Positions 57,578-64,000 of a stretch of DNA of 64,000 bases are shown here, piece by piece. Position numbers and translations under genes: made by a program. Source of the DNA: Thermofilaceae archaeon. GTDB taxonomy: Archaea > Thermoproteota > Thermoprotei > Thermofilales > Thermofilaceae. Numbering within the stretch: position 1 is the stretch's first letter; each line of letters begins with the position of its first letter. Location: NCBI GenBank assembly GCA_038727095.1, contig JAVYWK010000005.1, positions 19,340-83,339 of the forward strand. Direction: 5' to 3'. The notes under the pieces are model-generated. The model saw only the letters and a list, made by a program, of their open reading frames with translations. It searched no databases and had not been told where the DNA came from.

Positions 57578-58597
57578 ATGGTTCGGCTTAGGGAGCTGGG
57601 AAACCTTTACTGGTCCTCATGCCCCGACACGGAGCTCATTGAAGCCCTCGCCAGAAGGGGGGTAGCTCTGGTAGTCGATCTAACGGAGGGCGAGTGCAGC
57701 TACGCCGTGCCGCCCGGCGTCGAGAGGCTTGAATACCCGATACCCGACTTCTCCTACACGGCGTTCGAAAGCGTGCTGGTGGACGTCGCCCTACCCGTCC
57801 TCGAGAGGTTGAAGCGCGGTGAGAAGGTTCTCGTCCACTGCCGGGGCGGCATCGGTCGGAGCGGCGTTACGGTTGCGATGATTTTGGGGTTGAGGGAGCG
57901 AATCTCGCGGAACGACGCTAGGCAGAGGCTGTCCAGACACGGGTTCGTCGGTGAGACACCGTCCCAGTCGCTTGCGTTCAGGTGGTTCTTCAGGGCGAGG
58001 GACGTCATCGGAGTTGATCTGGTGGCGAGGCTCGTCAACCACCTAAAGAGGGTTAAGAGGGGGGCTTTCAGCTACTGGAGCGCTTACGGGGTTCACGCCT
58101 CAACAGTCGCTGGAGTAGCTCTGGACGTCCTGGAGGCCGTAGCCGACAGGTTGGGCGTTTCACGCGGAGACCTGCTCAACGCTTACGTGGCCGGCCTGGC
58201 TCACGATGTCGGCCGGGTCCTATCGGTGGGTGGGGAGCACCCGTCGGTTGGAGCAGAGTTCGCCCAGAGGCTCTGGGAGTCAGAGCGAGCGTGGGACCGC
58301 GAAATCGTTTCTAGAGCTGTTTACCACCACGAGGATGAAACAGACCTCCTCGCCGACCCAAGCTTGAGGGGGCTGGGGTTCAACGCGCAACTGGTGGCCT
58401 CCGCTGTGAGGCTCGCCGATACTTTCGAAAACGCGTATAGGGGTGAGGGCTTCTACTACGGGGCTGAGCTGAGGGGTTCAGAGCTCGTCCTGCTCCTAAG
58501 CCCTGAGGCTTGGGCTCTGCCGCTCGAGAGGTTGGAGAGGAGGGCTGAAGCCTTCACCAGGCTCACGGGTTTGGAAGTGCGAGCTGAGACACCGTAA
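57578..58597 (+). CDS. Dual-specificity phosphatase fused to an HD domain
   Basis: IPDF and VHCRGGIGRS (CX5R); HASTVA, LAHDVG, YHHE, RLAD. ATG 57578. Confidence 0.85.
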   Translation: MVRLRELGNLYWSSCPDTELIEALARRGVALVVDLTEGECSYAVPPGVERLEYPIPDFSYTAFESVLVDVALPVLERLKRGEKVLVHCRGGIGRSGVTVAMILGLRERISRNDARQRLSRHGFVGETPSQSLAFRWFFRARDVIGVDLVARLVNHLKRVKRGAFSYWSAYGVHASTVAGVALDVLEAVADRLGVSRGDLLNAYVAGLAHDVGRVLSVGGEHPSVGAEFAQRLWESERAWDREIVSRAVYHHEDETDLLADPSLRGLGFNAQLVASAVRLADTFENAYRGEGFYYGAELRGSELVLLLSPEAWALPLERLERRAEAFTRLTGLEVRAETP

Positions 58598-58631
58598 CCT
58601 TTAAGCGTGCCTGCCTGCGCAGCCGCCCCTC

Positions 58632-59189
58632 ATGCACGCGTGGAAATCGCACGCCGATGCGCTGCAGAATAGGGGTGCCCCCTCCCCGAGACTGGGGCTC
58701 CTGGTAGATGCGCTGGGTGGCTGGGGCAGGGTATTGGAGGTGGGCTGCGGGAGCGGCCGGAACACAATCCCCCTCGCGATGCAGGGGGTGGAGGTTGTAG
58801 CCCTCGACGTGGCTATCGAGCCGCTCCTCCTCCTGGGCGCTTGCTGCGAAAGGGTTAGAGCTACAGGGGAGTTCCACCTCCCCTTCCCCGACTCCAGCTT
58901 CGATGGGATCCTCGACTCCTACGCCTTCACCTTCATCTCGAACCGGAAGCTCTACGCTAGAGAGCTGCACAGAGTTCTCAAGCCGAAGGGCCTCCTACTG
59001 CTCGAGTTCGACGAGGAGCCGCACGTTAGAAGCCACAAAGCTCTGGAAAGAGCCCTGCACGCAGCCTTCGGAGGCCTCTTCGAGCCCCTCAAGGTGTATA
59101 GAATACACCACGCATGGGGTATCGTACATGAGGAGGGGGTGAGAGAGGTGCCGGCAATCGCTGCTCTGCTGCGCTCCTGCAAGGATTGA
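58632..59189 (+). CDS. Class I SAM-dependent methyltransferase
   Basis: VLEVGCGSG, LPFPDSSFD, RVLKPKG. Confidence 0.9.
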   Translation: MHAWKSHADALQNRGAPSPRLGLLVDALGGWGRVLEVGCGSGRNTIPLAMQGVEVVALDVAIEPLLLLGACCERVRATGEFHLPFPDSSFDGILDSYAFTFISNRKLYARELHRVLKPKGLLLLEFDEEPHVRSHKALERALHAAFGGLFEPLKVYRIHHAWGIVHEEGVREVPAIAALLRSCKD

Positions 59190-59204
59190 AGCAGCTTGCA
59201 AGCC

Positions 59205-60959
59205 TCAATGGCCGTGCCTGCGAGAAGCCTGCTTACCTCTCCCTTTCTCCCTCCTTTCCAGGATGAGCAGGAGTAGTAGTAGGAGCGCGAGCAAAAAGAC
59301 GGAAAGCAGGAGGACTATCAGTGCTAGATTGAGCTCCATTCTCCATCTGGCCTCAAGGACCGTGGGATTCATGACCACGAAAGAGAAGGTGGGAGTTGCC
59401 GAAACCTTCCTTCCGCTCTCGTACCATCCTTCAAAAACGAAGTTGACGAAGAGGCTCTCGGTAGCGATACTCGGATCCACTGATACCGTTGCAATCGATC
59501 CTTTGGCGTACCACCCTTCACCCGAGGGCTTTCCGTACTCGCTCCTCACGGTCACGTAGTGCTCGACTCTGTACGTGGCGTTCAGGACGGTATCCTTCAC
59601 CACTTTCACTGGGCGTGGGTTATCACGCGCACCATCGCTCCATCCGTCGAAAACTAGCCGAGTCCCCCCATAATTAACGCGGGCCGTTACCTCAAGCCTA
59701 CGTTCAACACTCGAAGTTTCAAAGCTTACGCTTCGCCCAGTCTTGTTTTCATTGTCTAGAGCCGCCCAGAAACCGTCACCGGGGAAATTCACAGTCAGCA
59801 CGTAGCGTGTCGCATAGCGTGCGTAGATTCCATTGACTAGGAAGGGGCTTCTCGCCAGGTTTCCAGCCAGGTGGATTGAACCGCCTGCGGGGTAGACACT
59901 CGTCCAAGTCGATTGGTTGCCCGCAGGAAGGGTCCAGGAGCCGAGCAGAGTCCCATCAAAGCTGTACTGGAGGTAAACTGGGAGCATGCTCCCATTTACG
60001 GTCGTGTGCCCAACGACATGGATCTCGCCCTCGTGAAGAGCGAGGTCGATGAAAGAATCATCCCCAGCGTTCCCGAAAATCCTCCACCAAATAACCTCCC
60101 CCCTCGGGTCGAGCTTAAGCAGTACTCCATCGAATCCCCCCTTTCCATAGGAATCCGTGAAACCGCACACGTACATTGCACCATCAAGCTCGATACTCTT
60201 GAAGAAGTCATCCCCCTCTCCTCCCCAAACCCTGGTTTCGACTAGACCGCTGCTCTCGTTGACCATCACCACCAACCCGTCAACGTCCCCTCCCGAGATG
60301 TATGGCGATGTTGAACCCGCGATGTAAATCTTCCCGGAGCTCACGACGAGGGATTCGGCTTCCTGATGACCACTCGCGACGAGTATGTTCTCCCATAGGA
60401 GAGAGCCCTCCTTATCATACTTTCGGACTACTACATCGAAGCCTCGGTCGCCCGAGTAGTACGCCTCTCCGACGACGTAAACCCGATCCCCCCTCACGTA
60501 AACGCCCTTAAACTCACTGAATACGGGGGACCCCACCCACTCCTTCTCCCAGAGCTTCTCAAGGTTAAGAGTGAACGCAGCTAGGAAGCCTGTCGTCTTC
60601 GGAAGCGTATCATGCTCAAGGAAACCCGCAGCGTATATCCTCGAGCCATCAAAGGCGAGGCTAACGATCATGCCTCTCTCCTCCGATAAATACGAGGATA
60701 AGCTCCCGCCCTCATCGAGCTTCAAAAGCGTCCAAACATTGTTTCCGAACTTCCCGGTACACCCACCAATGTAGACGCTGCTGTTAACGACGAGGATGTC
60801 GTTGAAAACCACATAGTCGCCCTCCCTACCGACCACCAGAAAGCCCTCCTGAACGATCCTCTCGGGAAGAGCTGATCCTGAGCCTATGACCAAGCAGAGG
60901 AGTAACAGGATGCACAGCACGTATCGGGCTACCCTATCCACCATCAATAACATCTGCAA
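59205..60959 (-). CDS. Secreted beta-propeller surface protein with C-terminal membrane anchor
   Basis: Signal peptide, repeated IY.AG / KYD..G...W blades, FDGWSDG and GEGWY repeats, C-terminal TM plus basic tail. Confidence 0.85.
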   Translation of the reverse strand: MQMLLMVDRVARYVLCILLLLCLVIGSGSALPERIVQEGFLVVGREGDYVVFNDILVVNSSVYIGGCTGKFGNNVWTLLKLDEGGSLSSYLSEERGMIVSLAFDGSRIYAAGFLEHDTLPKTTGFLAAFTLNLEKLWEKEWVGSPVFSEFKGVYVRGDRVYVVGEAYYSGDRGFDVVVRKYDKEGSLLWENILVASGHQEAESLVVSSGKIYIAGSTSPYISGGDVDGLVVMVNESSGLVETRVWGGEGDDFFKSIELDGAMYVCGFTDSYGKGGFDGVLLKLDPRGEVIWWRIFGNAGDDSFIDLALHEGEIHVVGHTTVNGSMLPVYLQYSFDGTLLGSWTLPAGNQSTWTSVYPAGGSIHLAGNLARSPFLVNGIYARYATRYVLTVNFPGDGFWAALDNENKTGRSVSFETSSVERRLEVTARVNYGGTRLVFDGWSDGARDNPRPVKVVKDTVLNATYRVEHYVTVRSEYGKPSGEGWYAKGSIATVSVDPSIATESLFVNFVFEGWYESGRKVSATPTFSFVVMNPTVLEARWRMELNLALIVLLLSVFLLALLLLLLLILERREKGRGKQASRRHGH

Positions 60960-61151
60960 TACCTTCCTTTTAAACTTTTATCTTAAAAGAACTCTTAGGA
61001 AAACACCTATATTATTTAGGAAAATAATTATTATTAACAAAAATTTTTCCTTATACTTCTAATAGCCAATTTTCTAAAAGTTTACACGTTCAGCTTATTG
61101 AACAGCCCGTTTACACGCTTCGGTTTTTACTGGATACCGCAGCGGATAGGT

Positions 61152-62063
61152 GTGAGAAAGCCCAGATTGAGGTGGATTGCAGTTCTGCTCTCAGCCTTAG
61201 GCATCTTCATCCTGGGAGTTTGCGTCGGCCGGCTTCTCCCGGGAGGGTTCGGGGTTACCACCCAAACTTCAGCGCCTATAACACTGCCCTCAGATAGCGA
61301 ACGCTACAGTACGCTAGCATCGAAAGGGGCTAGTGAATCCTTGGGAAGCGGTGGCTCCGCGGTATCGTATTCGATTCCTGAGGGTAGGAAAGTGATCTTG
61401 GAGGGGTTTGTAAGACTTCGAGTAGGCGAGGGAGCTGTTAAACGCGTGGCTGAGGAACTGGCTGGAGTAGCTCTCATGCTCGGCGGTTACGTGGGTGAAA
61501 CGAACGTGAGGGAGGACGGAGGCTACGTTGTCCTCAGAGTACCCAATGAACGCTTCGATGAAGCCTTGGAGGAAGTTAAGAAGCTGGGTGAGGCAGTCGA
61601 GTTGAGAACGTTTGCTAGGGATGTGACCGAGGAGTACGTGGATTTGAAAGCCAGGTTGAACGCTTCGCTAGCGCTGGAGCAAAGGCTTCTCCAAATGCTC
61701 GAGAAAGCGAAGAATGTGGAGGAAATGCTGAAGGTTGAGGAGTACCTTTGGAGAGTGAGAGCGCAGATTGAGGTCTACACCGCGCAGCTCAAGAACCTGG
61801 AGAGGATGATCGAGTACTCCACGATCTACGTCTACATCGAGGCTCCACCGAAGGAGGTAAAACCCATCATCCAGTTCCCTACGTTCGATCCTACGCCAGC
61901 GGTAGCGAACGCGCTAAGCCTGCTTTTCTCCATAGTTTACGCCATTATCACGGCTGTGATCGGTCTTTCACCGCTGGCGATCGTGGGTGCAGCTGGTTTC
62001 CTCGGTTACAAGAGAATGAGAAAGGGAAATGCTAAGAAGGAACCGGTGAAACCTTCGGGTTGA
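61152..62063 (+). CDS. DUF4349 domain membrane protein
   Basis: GGYV, LRVP..RF, DVTEEYVDLKARL, YSTI, C-terminal TM. GTG 61152 chosen. Confidence 0.9.
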   Translation: MRKPRLRWIAVLLSALGIFILGVCVGRLLPGGFGVTTQTSAPITLPSDSERYSTLASKGASESLGSGGSAVSYSIPEGRKVILEGFVRLRVGEGAVKRVAEELAGVALMLGGYVGETNVREDGGYVVLRVPNERFDEALEEVKKLGEAVELRTFARDVTEEYVDLKARLNASLALEQRLLQMLEKAKNVEEMLKVEEYLWRVRAQIEVYTAQLKNLERMIEYSTIYVYIEAPPKEVKPIIQFPTFDPTPAVANALSLLFSIVYAIITAVIGLSPLAIVGAAGFLGYKRMRKGNAKKEPVKPSG

Positions 62064-62149
62064 TACCTTTTCTCGATCTTTTTCAAGAATAATTCCGCTC
62101 TCAGGGGATCTTGTCAATATTCAGGTTTAGCACCGGTCAGAAGCATCGA

Positions 62150-62397
62150 TGATCTGGTACAGCCAACCTGATGATAGAACCGTAGGCTTCATCGGCTGAA
62201 ATGGTTGCTGCATCGTACACCAGCGCCGCTACTGCAGCAGCAGGTCGAAATGCGCCAGGTGGTTTGATTCTAAGTTCGACCGCTTTCAGGAGGGTCTCCT
62301 ACGTGAGCGGGAGGATCTTCACGCCCCTCAACTGCGTAGCTGCCTCGCGAAGCCGGTCGGCTCTATTGACAAAGGCGATGAGCATGTCAAGCTCCAC
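62150..62397 (-). pseudogene. Decayed vapC (PIN) gene
   Basis: Minus strand reads VELDMLIAFVNRADRL...VKILPLT*ETLLKAVELR...AALVYDAATISADEAY: PIN start and end motifs with an internal stop and a missing middle. Confidence 0.7.
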
Positions 62398-62587
62398 TCA
62401 TCTCTCGCAATCAGCTCATCTGCGACTCCTCAACGGCCCCGTGTGCGACAGCGGGGTCGCTGTAGCTGTAACGTTCGAAAGCAGCCAACTTTTCGTGCTT
62501 ATTGTGCAAAGGGCTGCTAAGCTAAAAATATCCATAAATAAAGACTAATAGAGACAAATATAAATAAAGCCACTTAACGCTTAGGTT

Positions 62588-64000
62588 GTGGGAGAAAAAG
62601 TTGAAGTTAGAGCTGAACGCATTCTAACACCGCCCATCCTCGTAGCCGTTATCCTCCTGATCGTTGTATCCCAGCTGGTGTGCGCTGTCGTAGTATCGAT
62701 CTCGGGAGTCATTAGAGGATGGTTCATAGGGCCCGTCTACATCCTCCTACTCCTCGAGGCGCTCGGCAGGGTATCGCCCAGGTTTAGGCTCCGTCCCGCG
62801 CAGCTGCTCTTACTACTGCTGCCCCTGTGGTACGCGGCTGGCAAAGCGTTCATGATCACTGGTGCTGGCGGGGAGGGTTGGGGCGACATCATCTCCCTCG
62901 TCGAGACGTTCAGGGTCAGAGCGTTAGCCGACCCGGCCGTCCGCGCTCTGTGCTGGGATCTTACACCGTCCCTCATCGCGCCAAAGGATCTGAGGCTGGT
63001 CGAGAGGGCGTGGAGAGGGCTCATCCCGGGGGAAGTCGTTGAGTGGAGTGCTTGGCTGCCGTCCACCGTCTACTGGGGCCTGTGGCTTGTCGTAACCACA
63101 GCGATGATCATCACGCTCGTGTATGCAGTCATAGGCCCCCAGACAGTTGAGGTCGAGAGGCTCGTCTACCCGATGAGCGTGCCGGCCACCGTTCTGCTCA
63201 CGAACGCTGGCACGTGGGTTGAGTCGAAGGGGAAGTACAAATCGAAGCTCTTCGACCTCTCAGACATCAGAGTGAAGGTCTTCTGGATCTCATTCGCCGT
63301 TGGAGCCGTCTTCCTCTCGGTAATCCCGATGGTGATGGAAGTTCTACCCATTGTCCCCATCCTGGGAGCAGCACTGTGGGGCGAGATCCCCATCCCCCTC
63401 CACCAGTACACTGCAGCCGTGCTGCCGGGTGCCTGCTTCTTCACGGTCTTCATAATCCACCAGGCGATCCTCATGACGCTGCTGCCGTACGACGTCCTGA
63501 TCACGCCGCTGATCGTGTGGCTCATCTTCTACGTGATCTATACCACCGTGGGTGTGAGGCTCGGCCTCCTGCCATACGCGCCCGACGTTGAGAGCCAAGC
63601 CCACATATGGTTCGGTATGAGACCTCCCTTCCCCATGGCTGAGTTCGGCTCAATAGGACTAACCTTCGGGCTGGGGCTGCTGACGCTCTGGGAGGCGAGA
63701 AGGACGCTCCCACGGCTGCTAAAGGGTGGAGGTGAACTCCCGGTTAAGCAGCTGCTCTACCTTTTTGCCGGTCTCTTCCTCGTCTGGCTGGTTTTGTGGA
63801 CTGCCGCTGGCGCGAACCCCGTAATGATGATCTACTTCTTCATCCTCTTCATCCTCTGGCAAATCTCCATCGTAAGGTACTACGCCGAAATCTGGTGGCA
63901 CCCCCCCACGATGGAGACTTACTACCTGCTGATCTGGCCGGTTGGCGCAGGGATTGGAGCTTGGAGCGGCGCGCCGGCTCAGAGCAACCAAGCCCTCTAC
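62588..64000 (+). CDS. Large multi-TM protein, DUF6785/OPT-like putative transporter (runs off the window)
   Basis: Open from GTG 62588 to the end (471 codons, absent from the ORF track because there is no stop); W.AWLP...WG, ERLVYP...P motifs, many TM segments. Confidence 0.8.
   Translation, partial: MGEKVEVRAERILTPPILVAVILLIVVSQLVCAVVVSISGVIRGWFIGPVYILLLLEALGRVSPRFRLRPAQLLLLLLPLWYAAGKAFMITGAGGEGWGDIISLVETFRVRALADPAVRALCWDLTPSLIAPKDLRLVERAWRGLIPGEVVEWSAWLPSTVYWGLWLVVTTAMIITLVYAVIGPQTVEVERLVYPMSVPATVLLTNAGTWVESKGKYKSKLFDLSDIRVKVFWISFAVGAVFLSVIPMVMEVLPIVPILGAALWGEIPIPLHQYTAAVLPGACFFTVFIIHQAILMTLLPYDVLITPLIVWLIFYVIYTTVGVRLGLLPYAPDVESQAHIWFGMRPPFPMAEFGSIGLTFGLGLLTLWEARRTLPRLLKGGGELPVKQLLYLFAGLFLVWLVLWTAAGANPVMMIYFFILFILWQISIVRYYAEIWWHPPTMETYYLLIWPVGAGIGAWSGAPAQSNQALY

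Noticed and set aside
1-64000. tRNA, rRNA, CRISPR array, integrase or transposase
   Set aside because: None recognised on reading both strands; short or intron-split tRNAs could be missed without tRNAscan-SE

Overview
This is GC-rich archaeal chromosomal DNA. Gene content (FEN-1, split GMP synthase, TrmB, GTP-type PEPCK, DUF2192, DUF6785-like transporter, box C/D sRNAs, TATA promoters) points to a thermophilic crenarchaeote, probably Thermofilaceae (inference). It holds about 55 CDSs, mostly metabolism and transport: biotin uptake/ligation, a TrmB-linked sugar ABC plus glycosidase locus, oxoprolinase, peptidases, a metal ABC system with a NikR-like regulator, and surface proteins. I saw no rRNA, tRNA, CRISPR array, integrase or transposase. 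Highlights: (1) an overlapping three-gene operon for a short, apparently hinge-less Smc5/6-like ATPase, a kleisin and a Nse1/Nse3-like KITE protein, directly downstream of fen and a DUF72-SWIM fusion; (2) a stand-alone CARF-like+PIN protein; (3) a reciprocally degenerate IPCT/DIPPS gene pair; (4) two box C/D guide RNAs, one with a recognisable 23S rRNA target; (5) a phased TGTGCAC operator array next to a variant NikR; (6) a DSP-HD fusion; (7) several decayed genes (vapBC copy, vapC remnant, internally deleted hyuB, frameshifted DUF2192). All family calls come from reading motifs by eye, not from database searches.
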